Positions 42,807 to 57,425 are shown, numbered from the stretch's first letter. The stretch: 64,000 nt of DNA from the human T2T-CHM13v2.0 reference genome, Homo sapiens (GCF_009914755.1 NC_060942.1); one strand, 5' to 3'. The notes: generated from the sequence alone by a model not told the origin. Translations and numbers: made by a program.

Positions 42807-45739
42807 TAAAGTTCCATTTTTGTGTATATTTTTAAATATACACAATATATTCAGAGAGTAATATATATTTATAGCTTATAAATAAATATACATGCATTAG
42901 AGATTCTCAAAACATTTCTATGAGTAGGTTGCATCCCTGATAGAAGAAAAAAAGCAGATCTCAAGCCATGAAGAATGTATGAAAAGCTAGAGGTCAACCA
43001 GAGAACCCAGTGCATTTTATTGGCTAGGTGTGATGTGTGTAATTTTTTCACCACAGGCTCAGGCAGAGTGTGAGACATTTGCAAGTGGAAGAGCAGGAGA
43101 TGGTGGGCCTCAAGTGACTAGGAGAGCGGGGACTGGGCACTTTGACAAGTAAGGAGACTACCTAGGCAAGGCAACTGGGAATCTACCCAAGTTAGTCTTT
43201 CTGAAAGATAATTCTGCTTCCATTTAATTTCCTTTGAAAGAAGAAGAAAGGTTTTCTTGGAAAATCATTGCAGATTATCTATGGAATTAGTAAATCTCTA
43301 TCTTGAGTCCTATCTCTTTAAGTAAATTCCGAAATGGTTTAAATTCCCAAGCTTAATCTTTCAAGAAAATCTCCTGTATTGTCCTCACACTGCAGAATGT
43401 GTCTGTAAGGGGAAGAAATAAACTTGAAAAACCAAATTCTTTTGTAATAATAATCTTGAAACTCTTTATCTCTATTTGATGCCAAGGAGAGAGGGGGTGA
43501 CTGCTTCTCAGGAACCCTAGGGAGATGAGAACTCACAGGTTGTTTTCAGGTTCATTTCTGCTGACCGAACATGAAGACCTAACTCTCTGATCCTACCTGT
43601 GTGGGGATCAGGGAGGGAGGTGTGCTGCAGTGAATGGGATGAAGTGAACTGGATCAGAATGTCACTGGATAGGATGGCTCCCCATTTTCTTTAGAAATAA
43701 TCATTTGGAAAGCTAGTTAGTTGATGTATCAAATATTTTCCCCCGAGACTCAGACTCTCAGCCACTTCTGTATTTCCTTCCTTTTATGCAATCACTTACC
43801 TTGCCTGAAATTCTATTACCTAAGGCAAAATTATTGAATAATAATTACTTACTTGATCTTTACTTTTCAAATAAAATAAGAAAACCTGAAGACCATTGTT
43901 TTCATTTAGGATTTCTGTTTGAAGTGGAAATTTTCTAGGTATATGAAACTAGGTATGTTTTTTATTTTAAAATTGTGTGGTTTATTTTTAAAGGATGGTT
44001 CAGTGTCCCCAGGCCAGATATTTTGAACCTGGTTTCCCGTATTAAGCAGGAAGGAAATCTGCAGTTTAACCTCAAGTTATGCAGCCTCAGAGGTTTGAAT
44101 TGAAATCAGGGCTAAAATAATACATATTACAAATGACAGAAACACCTCAATTGTCTGGGAATAAATCTCAGGGAAAGAGGAGAGAAACAGGGGGTCAAAT
44201 CAACTGAAGAACAATTTCCTCCCAATCTGTTGGACTATCAAAGCTATTTAACATGAAATGGCTAGGGACCTGATCATAATTAGAGCTATTCACTGCTAGG
44301 AAGCTTGCATCATCGTTTAAGACGTGAATAAGTGAGTCTTGGTATAATACCACGCAAAGAAAAATTTTAAAACCTCGACAGCATTTCAAGACAATTAAAT
44401 TTACATTTTATGAATGGACAAAGAGGAAAATGTTAATACAGAAAAGGCCATGGCCACGCATTCACCGTTGGGTCCACTTAGCATTCTGCTCATCAAGACA
44501 CTTGTCTTTGGAAGATTGATGACTGGTTGATATAACGTCAAATAAAATAAGATTTATTGCTGGCTTCTGATAAATGCCTTCGAAATGCACAGGGAAAACC
44601 ACTATTTTATTTGTCTATTTTCTCATACTTAAACAATATAGTTAAAAAACAAAAGCCTGCTATGATAGGAGGAGAAGGAAACAAACAGAGTCCGTTGAAA
44701 CTTTCAAGCTAAACATTCTGCCTTTAAGAGAGTAGGAGTGTTTGATGGTCTTCCAAACACAGGGGCTACAAGGAGAATTGGCTAGAAATGATTAAACCAG
44801 ATGTCTATGCTTTTCAGTCTTAAGAAGAGACCATCCACACATACTTTCCCTGAATTATAAATTTTATTTTACCTTCCTCCATTTCCTAAGGCTTTGATCT
44901 ATCCTCTACACCTCCTAAAAATCATTTAATATGTATCGAGGAGCATGCAGGTACAAAAATGGACTGGCTGAGTGGCAGAGAGATGATAGCAGCTCCCAGC
45001 AGAAATGGCTCTATGCTTTCTGAGATCAACATTTAACACATGAATAAGAAGGCTACAATCCATGACAGGATGAGTCTAGAGGGAATAGAGGCTTTCACTT
45101 ACCCTGTTCCATCATGCATGGGCAATTTTATAGCCACAGACTGTGTTTAAAACTTCTAAGCTTATCTCCACATTAGTAGTTAGAAGATCCATTATTTGGC
45201 TGCTTCTAAAAATAGGTGTTTTGTTGTCTCTCAACTATAAACAGGTTAGCCTTTACAGGGGAAAGCACTGTGATAGAATGACCCTCTCTGAACTTCCCTG
45301 GTGTAGAACTAGAGCAGCTGAAATAGAAGAAAGCACCACTTAGAACCACATGTCAGGAGCACGTCAATATTCTGTCCATATTTTCAGAAATGCAGCTCGC
45401 CCTTTGACAAGCTAAGGAACTTAGCTGCGTGTTTTTACTTAAACTCTGTCTTCCGAGCCATCCTTGTTCCCTCTTCCTCTCTGAACAAAGATTTAGTGAG
45501 GGTATATTATGTCCCAAGCAATGTGCCAGGGACGAGAAAGGTCATATGCCCTAATGCCAAGTGAATGGGAGCATATTTCAGGTCGTCCTTATTGCCATCT
45601 GATGCTCCACATCACTGGTGGGTTAGGTATGTTTGTCCTTGTTTACATGGAAGGACATAGTTCCAGCTGTATTGCTGAAGTTATGGAATAGGAAAGCATT
45701 CTGAAGCCTGGGCTTTTACTACCCACACCTCCTACTTTA

Positions 45740-46330
45740 TGCCCTCGTCCCATCAAGTCAGGCATCAAAGGTTGCCTATTCACACCCTTTAAGTCTCCCT
45801 CCAATCCATTCTCTCTTCCCTGCCAGTCTTGAGTTTCGTTTCTTATTATTGATTCTGGAGACTGAGTATCTCCCGTTCCATCTCCTCTCTCTCCTTTAAT
45901 CGGCCTTGCATATGACCACCACAGCAATCTCCCATTGGCAGCAATGGAGGAGGCATTTCTTTTCCAATTGTCCAGATTCTCCTTGATGTGGCCTAATTTA
46001 TCATTCCAGTAGAAACTCTGACTGCCCTCTAACAGGCAACACAATGCTTGCTTTATCTTTAATCACATTGTCTTTTTTCCCTTTTCTGTGCCTTTCTTCG
46101 TTGGATTCCTATCTTCCAGTGACTTGCCCACCCAAGTTAGTGCATGGCTTCTGGTCTCCCAGAATCCTTCATACAGACCTCTCTTACAGCACTTAGCACA
46201 AGGAATTATACATGTTGTTCGTGTTTCTGTCTCCCTATTAATGCAATATCAGATTTTTAAGAATAAGAACTTTCTATTACCAGCCAATGACAGGGTCCCT
46301 GGTTTAGAGCGGCATTCAGCGTATGTGAAG
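45740..46330 (+). mobile_element. L2 3' fragment (very diverged)
   Basis: Pyrimidine-rich with L2 motifs (catcaagtc...tgcctattc; cttacagcacttagcaca). Confidence 0.5.
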
Positions 46331-47719
46331 AAATCCCCCAATATACTAACTGAGGAGTCAGAACTCAGCCAAAACAGCATTGTTTTTGTAACAATGGGTG
46401 CTTTAAAAAATACCACTTCTGAGGACTGGGGACAAGATGGCCAACTAGATGCAGCCAGGAAGTGCTGCTCCCACTGAGAGAGACCAAATTATTGAGTAAA
46501 CCACCATAATTTGAGCAGATCTTTGGAGAAAGATGTTGAGAGTGGATGAGACGGCAACACTGAAGGTGAGGCTAAAAAGGAAGGAAGCTGGGATCTCTGC
46601 ACAAGGTACCTGGATGCCAGGGCCAGTTCCCGACCCCAAATGTAACCTGGGAAAGGGGTGAGTGAGGGAACTGAAGGATGACTCACTCTCATCACAGACC
46701 TTTGGGATCCTAGCTATAGGTGACCCTGCCTCCCCCCATGGATGTGTGAGCTGGCAGGGGTTTCTCCCAGGAAGCAGGCAGAGACAGGCCTTTGGGTGGC
46801 ATGGAGCCTGGAAGCTCTTGCACACTGGGCAACTCCAGGGGAGAGTGGCCATAAATGCTCATCCCCCAGGGCTCCCCACTCCCATCAGGGAGGCATGGAC
46901 CCCAGCTGACCTCAGAGCCGGGAAAGAGTGGGGCCAGCTTCCCTGTGGGACTGGGGTACAACTGCTCTGAAAGGCCACCTGCCTGCCGGCCCCTCCCAGG
47001 GTTCATACCTAGCCACCTTGCAGAAGCAGATGCACAGTGCAGTTCCTGCAGCTCTGCCGGTGTTGCTGCACTTGAGTATTTTCCTGGTGGCTCAGGAGCA
47101 CATCAGATTCCCTAGTGCAGCCAGAACCCAAACCCAAGCTACAGGACATCCTGGTGCCTCCAGGGCTGCAACACGCAATGTGGGAGTACAAAGCAGAGAT
47201 CTGTGGCTGGCACTTGAGTGAGCGAGGAGCTCCCCACCCTCAGAGCACTTAGAGGGGTGAGATGCATCGGTTCCTAGGCCAGGGCAGGAGCAGGGCATGC
47301 CTGTCTCCACATGGTGGTCTAGAAAGAATGTGGCATATCTCCCTGCTGCAGCCTCTGCCTCAGAGGGGCCTGTGGCTCAGAAAACCTAACAAAAGAAACA
47401 GAGGCATAGTGTCGGGGATCAGAGGGGCTCCCTAAAGGCTCAGGAGTGGACCTGGTGAGCACACCTGTGAACGTGAAAAGGACAAAAGAGCTGCATGGCT
47501 GGGTATTAACCTAGCTACTGGCCACTATTCTTAAGCTCCATTGACTAGATCACAGGCCAAACTACAACACGAAAAATTTATCTTGCTAATATATACAGCC
47601 ATGAAACCAAGTGCAAGAATTCACACATACATGAAGATCCTGTACAGAGCCGTGACCCTCTGAAAGCATCCAGAAATGAAGCCAACAGACTATACTCAAC
47701 TTACACCACAATTAAAGGA

Positions 47720-48770
47720 ACACCAATACCCCCCACCCCAGATAAGAAAGAATCAGCACAAGAACTCTGGCAACCCAAATAGCCAGAGAGTCCCCTTACC
47801 TTCAGGTGAGTCCACTAGCTCCCCAGCAATGGTTCTTAACCAGTCTGAAATGATTGAAATGATAGATGTAGAAGTCAGAATCTGGATGGCAAGCAAACTC
47901 ACTGAGATTCGGGAGACAGTTGAAACCCAATTCAAGGAATCCAAAGAACCCATTAAAACAATCCAAAAGCTGAAAGATGAAATAGCCATTGTGAGAAAGA
48001 ACCAATCTGAACTTCTAAAGCTGAAAAACTCACTATAAGAATTTCATAACACAATCAGAAGTATTAATAGCAGAAGATACAAGCAGAGGAAAGAATCTCA
48101 GAGCTCAAAGACCAGTTATTTGAATCAATTCAATCAGACAAAAATAAAGAAAAAAGAATTAAGAAAAATGAACAAAACCTCTGAGAAATATGGGATTGTG
48201 TAAAAAGATCAAACCTATGATTCACTGGCATAGCTGAAAGAGGAAAGAGAATAGGCAACTTGAAAAATATATCTTAGGATATAGTTCATGAAAATTTCCT
48301 TAATCTTACTAGAGAGGTTGATATGCAAATCCAAGAAATACAGAGAACCCCAGCTAGATACTATAAAAGATGACCATCCCCAAGGCACATAGTCATCAGA
48401 TTCACCAAGGCTAATACAAAAGAAAAAAATCTTCAAGGAAGCTATAGAGAAGGGTCGGGTCACATACAGAGGGAATTTTGTCAAGCTAGCAGCAGACCTC
48501 TCAGCAGAAACCTTACAAGCCAGAAGAGATTGGGGGCCTATTTTCAACATCCTTAAAGAAAAGAAATTTCAACCAAGAAGTCTATATTCTGCCAAACTAA
48601 GCTTCATAAGTGAAAGAGAAATAAAATTCTTCTCAGACAAGCAAATGCTGAGAGAGTATATCTTAACTAGACCAGCCTTACAAGAGGTCCTTAAGGAAGC
48701 ATTAAACATGGAATCCAAAAAAATGATACCTGCTACCACAAAAACACACCTAAGCACACAGCCCACAGGC
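47720..48770 (+). pseudogene. L1 ORF1p remnant
   Basis: ORF 47676..48038 (IRKNQHKNSGN...KLKDEIAIVRKNQSELLKLKNSL) is the L1 ORF1 N-terminus/coiled coil; stops and frameshifts follow. Confidence 0.85.
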
Positions 48771-48822
48771 ACTACAAAGCAACTATGTGATCAAGTCTAC
48801 ATAACAACAAGCTAACAACACA

Positions 48823-51800
48823 ATGACAGGACCAAAATCACAGATATAAATACTAACCTTGAATCTAAATGGGCAAAATTCCTCACTTAAAAGACAAAGT
48901 ATGACAGGTTGCATAAAAAACAAGACCCAACCATCTGTTGTCTTTAAGAGATCCATCTCACATGTAATGGCACCCACAGGCTCAAAGTAAAAGGAAGAGG
49001 AAAGACTTACCATGCAAGCAGAAAACAAAAAAAAAGAGCAGACATTGCTATTCCTGTATTAGATAAAACAGACTTTAAAACAATAAAAATTAAGGACAAG
49101 GAAAAGCATTCCATGATGATAAATGGCACAATTCAACAAGAAGCCTTAACTATCCTAAATATATATGTACCCAATATTGGAACACCCAGATTCATAAAAC
49201 AAGTTCTTCTTAGCCTACAAAAAGACTTAGACAACCACACAACAATAGTGGGAGACCTCAACACCCCACTGGCAGCATCAGACTGATCATCAAGGCAGAA
49301 AACTAACAAAAAAAAATGGGACTTGAACTTGATACTTGACCAATTTGACCTAATAGAGATCTACAGAACATTCCACCCAACAACCACACACATTCTTCTT
49401 ATCTGCACACAGAACATATTCTAAGATTGACCACAGGCTAAGTCATAAAGCAAGTCTCAATACATTCAAAATAGTTGAAATCACACCAAGCACACTCTCA
49501 GACCACAGTGCAATAAAAATAGAAGTTGATATCAAGCAGATCTCTCAAAACTATAAAAATACATGGAAATTAAACAACATGCTCCTGAATAATTCCTGGA
49601 TGAACACTGAAATTAAGGCAGAAACAAAAAGTTATTTGAAATCAATGAAAATAGATACACAACTTACCAAAATCTCCAGGATGCAGCCAAAGAAGAGTTA
49701 AGAGGAAAGTTTACAGCCCTAAATACCTTTATCAAAGGGTTAGAAAGATCTCAAATTAACAATTTAATTGTGCACCTGAAGGAACTGAAACAAAAAGAAT
49801 AAACCAACTTCTAAGCTAGCAGAAGAAAATAAATAACTAAAATTAGAGAACTTAATAAAATTGAGATGCAAAAATTTCTACAAAAGATCAATGAAACCAA
49901 AGTTGATTATACAAAAAAAGTTGATAGACTGTTAGCTATATTAACAAAGAAAAAAAGATAAGATCCAAATAAGTACAATCAGAAATGACAAACATGACAT
50001 TACAACTGATTCTACAGGTATACAAAAATCCTCAGAGAATACTATGAACTCTATGCACACACATTAGAACATTCAGAGGAAATGGATAAATTCCTGGAAA
50101 CACACAATCTCCCAAGATTGAATCAAGAAGAGACTGAAATACTGAATAGATCAATATTGAGCTCTGAAATTGAGTCAGTAACTTAAAAAAACCTACCAAC
50201 CAAAAGAAGCCCTGAACCAGATGGATTCACAGCCTAATAGTACCAAATATATAAAGAAGAACTAGTATCAATCCTCCTGAAACTATTCCAAACAATCAAG
50301 GAGGAGGGACTCCTCTCTAACTTATTTTATGGAGCCAGCATCAGCCTACTGCCAAAATATGGCTGACATGACAAAGAAAGAAAACTTCAGGCCAACATCC
50401 CTGATGAACGTAGATGCAAAAATCCTCAACAAAATGCTAGTAAATTGAATCCAGCACCAAAAAGTTAATTCACCATGATCAAGTAGCTTTATTACTGGGA
50501 TGCAAGTTTGGTTCAACATATACAAATCAATAAATATGATTCATCACATAGCAGAATTAAAAGCAAAAACCATGTGATCATCTCAATAGATGCACAAAAA
50601 GCTTGCAATAAAATCCAATATCCCTTCATCATAAAAACCCTCAACAGACTGGCTATAGAAGGAACGTACCTCAAAATAGTAACAGTCATCTATGCCAAAC
50701 ACACAGCCAACATCATACTGAACAGGCAGAAGCCACAACCATTCCCCTTGAGAACTGGAGCAAGGCAAGGAGCCCACTCTCCCCACTCCTATTCCACATT
50801 GTACTGGAAGTCCCAGCTAGAGCAATCAAGTAAGAGAAAGAAACAAAAGGCATCCAAATAGCAAAAGAAGTCAAACTATCTGATATGGTTCTATACTTAG
50901 AAAACCCTAAAGACTCTATCAAAAGACTACTAGAACCAATAAATGATATTAGCAAGATTTCAGTATACAAAAGTCAATGTACAAATATCAGTAGCATTTC
51001 TATACACCAAAATGTCCAGGCTGAGTCAAATCAAGAACATGATCCCATTTATAATAGCCACAAGGAAAATGAAATATCTAGGGATATAGCTAACAAAGGA
51101 GGTGAAAGATCTATACAAGGAGAACTTCAAAACACAGCAGAAAGAAATCAGAGATGACACAAAAATATGAAAAAATATCCCATGCTCATGGATTAGAAGA
51201 ATCAATATCTTTAAAATGGCCATACTGCTCACAGAAATGTACAGATTCAATGTTATTCCTATCAAACTACTAACATTATTCTTCACAGAATTAGAAAAAT
51301 CTATTCTAAAATTCATATGGAACCAAAAAAGAGCCTGAATAACCAAAACAATCCTAGGCAAAAGGAACAAAACTGGAGGCATCACACTACCTGAGTTTAC
51401 TCAAGGCTTCAGTAACCAAAATATCATGGTATTGGCACAAAAACAGACCCACGGACCAATGGAACAAAGTAAACAACTCAGAATTAAAGCCACACACCTA
51501 CAACCATCAGGCCTTTGACAAGGCCAACAAAAACAAGCAATGGGGAAAGGACACCCTATTCAATAAATGGTGCTGGGATAACTGGCCAGCCATATGCAGA
51601 AGAATGAAACTAAACCCTTACTTTTTACCATATACAAAAATTAACTTAAGATTGATCAGGCTGGGCATGGTGGCTCATACCTGTAATCCTAGCACTTTGG
51701 GAGGCGAGGTGGGCGGATCACAAGGTCAAGAGATTGAGACCACCCTGGCCAACATGGTGAAATCCCATCTCTCCTAAAAATACAAAGATTAGCCTGGCGT

Positions 51801-52700
51801 GGTGGCACACTCATGTAGTCCCAGCTACTCAGGAGTCGGAGGCAGGAGAATCACTTGAATCCAGGAGAAGAAGAGGTTGCAGTGAGCCAAGATTGCACCA
51901 CTGCACTCCAGCCTCGGCAACAGAGACAGACTCCATCTCAAAAAAAAAAGAAAAGATTGATCAAAGATTCAAATTAAATGTAAGACCTCAAACTATAAAA
52001 ATTCTAGAGGAAAAGCTAGGAAATACCCTTGTTAACATTGGTCTTGGTTATGAATGTATGGCCAAGTGCCCAAACAAGATTGTTACAAAAACAAAACTTG
52101 ACAAGTGGGACCTAATTAAACTTAAGAGCTTCTGCACAGCAAAATAAACCATCAACAGAGTAAACAGACAACCTATAGAAAGGGATAAAATATTCACAAA
52201 CTATGCATCTGACAAAGGTTAATATCCAGAATCTATAAGAACTTTAAACAAATCAACAAGCGAAAGACAAATAACTCCATTAAAAAGTGGGCAAAAGACA
52301 AGAAAAGACACTTCTCAAAAGAAGACATGCTAGTGAACAACAAATATATGAAAAATGCTCATCATCACTAGTAATCAGAGAAGTGCAAATAAAAACCACA
52401 GTGACATTTCATCTCATACCAGTCAGAATGGCGATTGTTAAAAAGACAAAAAACAGCAGATGCTGGCAAGGCTCCAGAGAAAAGGGAAGGCTTATACACT
52501 ATTGGTGAGAATGTAAGTTAGTTCAGCCACTATGGAAAGTAGTGTGGAGATTTCCCAAAGAACTTAAAACGGAGCTACCATTTGACCCAGCAATCCCATT
52601 ACTGGGTATATACTCAAAGGAGTATATGTAGATCATTACACCAAAAAGACGCATGTACTTGTATGTTAATCGCTGTGATACTCGCAATAGCAAAGACATG
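48823..52700 (+). pseudogene. L1 ORF2p (endonuclease/reverse transcriptase) remnant
   Basis: MTG start at 48823; RT motifs IISIDAQKA and [10 protein letters not shown]; [17 protein letters not shown]; many stops; Alu insertion. Confidence 0.9.
51659..51952 (+). mobile_element. AluSc-like inserted in L1 ORF2
   Basis: Exact TSD AAGATTGATCA (51648-51658 / 51953-51963). Confidence 0.95.
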
Positions 52701-53310
52701 AAATCAACCCAGGTGCTCATTAATGGTGGATTGGATAAAGAAAATGTGGTACATACACATCATGAAATATTATGCAGCCATAAAAAAGAATGAAATCATG
52801 TCTTTTGCAGCAACCTGGATGGGTCTGGAGGCCATAATCCTAAGTGAATTAATGCAGAAATGGAAAACCAAATACCATATGCACATGTGGACATAAACAT
52901 GGGAACAATAGACACTGTAACTCCCAAAAGTAGGGGGAGAGAAGAAGGCATGGATTGAAAAACTGCCTATTGGGTACTATGCTCAGAACCTGGGTCCAAC
53001 ATACTCATGTAACAATTCTACACATGTACCCTCTGTATCTATAAGTAAAAACCGAAATTTAATTTCAAGAACATTTCTTTTAATATTCATAATAACTCAC
53101 AGGAAGTGTGGTATCATAAAGTACAGAAAATCAATGGTATATTTCCTGAAAACATAGAATTATTCATCCTAGCTCCTAGACTGTAAATATCACTTGAGTT
53201 TTGGCTCAAATAAGTTTATCTTTAATCAATAACAAGCTGTTGGAAAGAAAGAATGGATAAATGAACATGTGGAATTTAATTACTTGAGATGTTTACTTTC
53301 CTCAAAATAG

Positions 53311-53367
53311 AAGCGAGACAATGAACAGGACAGAAGTGAATTCATTGGCCAGACCCTCAAACTGTTG
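53311..53367 (+). other. candidate exon E6
   Basis: Acceptor tttactttcctcaaaatAG|a (NAGNAG); donor TTG|GTGAGT; 57 nt. Confidence 0.6.
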
Positions 53368-53395
53368 GTGAGTATCACCACCAAAGATCTGCGGG

Positions 53396-53560
53396 CAGTG
53401 TGTGTTGGGGAGTGTTTAATAACCAGCTCACCAGGATAAAAAAAAAAGCCCAATTTGTGGTATTTGCCAATTTCCAAAGTGTAAATACTCCTGCTATGCT
53501 ACCAATGCAGTCACTGAACATGGAGTTGGGAACTGGATCCAGCCAACTCCAGCATACCAG
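53396..53560. mobile_element. MER63A-like hAT-Blackjack element
   Basis: tgtttaataaccagctc...tttgccaatttcc...gtgtaaatactcc...ctccagcatacca. Confidence 0.7.
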
Positions 53561-53669
53561 GCCTAGTACTGCAATGGCCAGTATTGCTACAGTCTGCTGT
53601 GCACACATTGGAAGCTCCAGAAATCCTCTTTTTCTGCGTGTTGTCATTGTCATTATTTGTTTGTTTTGG

Positions 53670-53910
53670 TTAAGAGGTTGGAGTTTAATGTCAGACCAAT
53701 CTGGCAGGAACACTGGCTCTGCCATAGAGGTTTGATGCTGGGTAAGTTGCTTTAAACGCTCTAAACCTGGGCCTCCTCATCTGCAGATAAGACTGGTAAG
53801 TCTAGTGGCAACCTTATAAGGTTGTTAGAGAAACACATAATACAAGCAAAGAGTTTTACTAGTACCTGGCACTTAGTGAGTGTTTAGCAAATATTATCTG
53901 TTGATGATGA
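53670..53910 (+). mobile_element. MIR
   Basis: ctgggtaagttgcttt...cctcatctgcaga...gtacctggcacttagtgagtg. Confidence 0.65.
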
Positions 53911-53946
53911 TGATGCTAATAATAACATTCCTTGGTTCTCATGCAG

Positions 53947-53975
53947 GTGAAGAGGAACGTTTCCTTGGAATTAAG
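53947..53975 (+). other. candidate micro-exon E7 (29 nt)
   Basis: Acceptor cattccttggttctcatgcAG|g; donor AAG|GTACTG. Confidence 0.5.
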
Positions 53976-55034
53976 GTACTGAGTTTTGGTGTTAGTGTCA
54001 TTTGGTAGCTTCCTGGCTTGTTCCTTTTGGCCTCTCCATGCTGCCTGTTACTGTTTGTCAGACTAATCCTGAGATCCCTTTTGTCTCATTCTTCATCTCT
54101 ACCTTCTGTGGATCTCTGGGCACTGATTTGTTGCACCGATTTTGTACAACAAACTTTTGTTATATATATTTTCTTAGTTTTGACTTTCATTCACTTGGCT
54201 AGTCTCATCACTGCCCAAATCCCTTGATTTGGAAGAGTACTCTAAACATTTTATCAAAAATATACAGCTGATCATTTTTTTCTGAAAAAAAGTCGTTCTC
54301 AGTGGTTATCATCATTTTCCATTTTTATCAACTCTAATCTTTAGAGTTTCTATGCTATCTCATTTAATCTCTAGGTAGGTACGACTATTCTCAATATATA
54401 GTTGAAGACACTGAGGCATACAGATGTTAAGTAATTTGCAATAGGTCACACAGCTTGTGGGAAGTTGAAATGTTTAAAATGAGATCAGAACCTTGGTAGA
54501 CTTGCCTCTGCAGCCTGCACTTCCTTCGTCTGAGCTCTATTCAGCCCCTATTTATAACTGTGGTAAAATAATTCCATTCTGAAATATGCTTCACATTATA
54601 TGGATTCAATTAACTGCAATCTGATGTAACTCTAAAATCTTCTATTATGATATTTTCCACTTAGAGTTTGTTCTCTAGCATTTTGTTAGAGTTAGAATCA
54701 TCAAGCAGCTTATTAATGATATAATGAGTGACTAAGTGGTGAAGGAATGGTGAATAGAAAGTAAAAAGAAATTTAAACCATGTTCTCATCAGTAGACATC
54801 AAAGGTCTGTATCTTATCCATAAATTGAGTTGAAGATACAATAAAAGTATTAGCCACAGTAGACATTAGGTAGACTGAACTTAAGATGTTCTTGTGCTAT
54901 GTAAAACATGCTTAATTTCAAAACTCAGAAATTGCCTAATGAAAAACATACCCAGTAAGAGGTGGGGAAAGTCCATTTCTATTATTGGAGAGGAACAGAA
55001 TACAACTATTAGCAATATTCTTGTTTCTTTGCAG

Positions 55035-55140
55035 CTGCCGCTAAGTAAAGGTCAAGGCACGGGGCAGCTGGATGTCCGTGTGGATCCTGCAAATGGAGAG
55101 GCTCTGCTGTGGAAACAGAATGGAACTTAACCTCAGCTAA
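55035..55140 (+). other. candidate exon E8 (3' end undefined)
   Basis: Strong acceptor attcttgtttctttgcAG|c; GC-richer segment follows; TAA at 55042-55044. Confidence 0.5.
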
Positions 55141-55267
55141 AACAGTGGTGGAGAGCAGAGTGATTTTCTAAATAATTAAGTTTTTTCTTTTACATACATT
55201 AAGCCATACACACAGCCTGAGGCATTGACATTTTAATTATTTTAATCAGTCTTTGATGACCTCCTAG

Positions 55268-55542
<275 letters not shown>

Positions 55543-55659
55543 GTTTGAGCTTTTTTGAGGAACCCAGTCATGAGTTCCAACTGCTCATCTTTGCCTGACC
55601 CTCCAGCAAGGTCCTGCTGTGCTAGTTCTTTTTCCCCCTACATTTTCCCCAGAAGACTC

Positions 55660-55850
55660 AGAGCCTACTGTGTAGCAGGCACTGCACCAGGCACTTTGCT
55701 ATGTTTCCTCTTTAAATCTTCTCAGTAACCCTATGAAGGAGGTCTCCTTTTACAGTAGAGACAGCAGAGGTGCCAAGAGATTAAGGAGGTTGCTTAAGGC
55801 CAAGGAGCAAGGACCTGGCAAACTTGAGATGGCTCTTTGGATCTGTACAT
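55660..55850 (-). mobile_element. MIR
   Basis: gagcctactgtgtagcaggcactg...aaccctatgaagg...ttttacag. Confidence 0.65.
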
Positions 55851-57343
55851 CTGTGCACTTGTCTTTGCAAAAATGTTCATTGGCCACCACCAATTTTCTT
55901 ACCTGACTATAGGCCAAAGAATGCACGTTTTGCATATTCTGCATAAAGTTTACATTCAATTTCTTTTCCAAATTTTTTTTAAAAGACCTTAGGGAAACAT
56001 CACAAATTTTATTTCTTTTACGTTTTTCTCTCATCGAATCTCTTTCTTTCCCTCTTTGACAGCTTTATTGCATAGGTTTAAGTAGTCTCACTACCTGCGA
56101 GAATTTGATAAGAAATCAGAGATAATAAATCTCAAATTGAGAAAGCATTCATGGCCCATTAGTCATTTTCTAAGTACATAGTTACTCCTGGAAATGCCAT
56201 CATCCTGGAACCTACTTCTTCACAGATGAGACCATATGAGCGAATCCATAAAAGCATTTTTGGCCCTGAACACTCAGAGGAGAAGTATGATGGGGTGATG
56301 CAGAAATGTTCTTAGAATTATCAACATTTGTTACTGTAGAATAGCCATAGTTTTTTACATTGGGAATACTCATGTGCCAGAAGAAAAAGAATGGTTATTA
56401 TTGTACAACACAAGAAAGATATTTAAAATAGAAGGGGATCCGACTATATCTTCTATACATTATCTTGGCTACTAATGCAACTTCATGGTTGGGTTGTGAG
56501 AAGCTATGCTTGGTCTTGTTCTTTAATATTTAATAGAACTCAGATTTTTAAAACTGAGGAGTTAAAATGGGTCCAAGTAAAATAAAATCAAATAGAGTAA
56601 CATCTTTATTGCAAAAGATTATTTGTAATGCAGACACATGCACGTGCACGCGTACACACACACACACATACATTTTTACAGCTTTATTAAGTGGGAAATG
56701 TTATCAAGGCATGACTAGATCCTTGTTGTGACTCTTTTGGTTTTAATCTTACACTGTTAAACTCACAAGAAACTCTCTATGTGCCCATTTTAAAGGAGGG
56801 GCAGTGGTGAAGGTGAGAGGGGTTGATAGTCACTGATTGCTAACTGGCAAAGTTGCGTGAATTCTCTGTTTACATTTTCTAAATGTCAGCAATGTGCCCA
56901 ATTCTCTGTTCTGAATGCTGCTCCCAGCTGGCTGCTTTACAAGCACAGGGTGTACATGAGTAACAGAGACAATCTCAGAAAACCTTGGGAAGTCCAGTTC
57001 CTCCAGCTGGCCCTCAGGGTCATTGAAAGTGAAGGCTATAGAGCCAAGGGCAGAAAGCAAGGGATGGAGAAGGCTGATTCAGTGCATTCTGGGAAATTCA
57101 CAGGGGTGACTTACTAAATGTGGTACTCTGTCTTGTAGGTGCCTTACCAAAAAAATTAAGTAAATCTAATCCCTTCCACCTCCAAGGTCACCAGCTTATT
57201 GTAATGCCAGTCACCTGTACTTGTGTTTTATTTACTTCCTTCTTTCAAGTGTTCCCATGTTGAACAGTGTACATATCTTGATCATGCATTTCTTCACTGG
57301 TTTAAAAAGCAGGTGTTGGGAACCAGGGGCTACATGCCTTTTA

Positions 57344-57425
57344 TTAGGTTGGTGCAAAATGAATTGTGCTTCTTGCCGTTACATTTAATGTCAAAAATCG
57401 CAAAATTACTTTTGCACAAACCTAA
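57344..57425. mobile_element. MADE1 (Hsmar1-derived MITE)
   Basis: TTAGGTTGGTGCAAAA...TTTTGCACAAACCTAA inverted termini with TA TSDs; ~80 bp. Confidence 0.92.

Larger units (their letters stand above)
46425..53062 (+). mobile_element. near full-length degenerate LINE-1 (L1PA15-17/L1PB age class)
   Basis: 5' CAAGATGGCC motif at about 46433; ~1.2-kb 5'UTR; ORF1 and ORF2 remnants; 3'UTR ttgaaaaactgcctattgggtactatgctc...catgtaccctctgtatcta. Confidence 0.95.

Noticed and set aside
46425-53062. Active L1 or intact reverse transcriptase gene
   Set aside because: Both ORFs carry many stops and frameshifts plus an Alu insertion.
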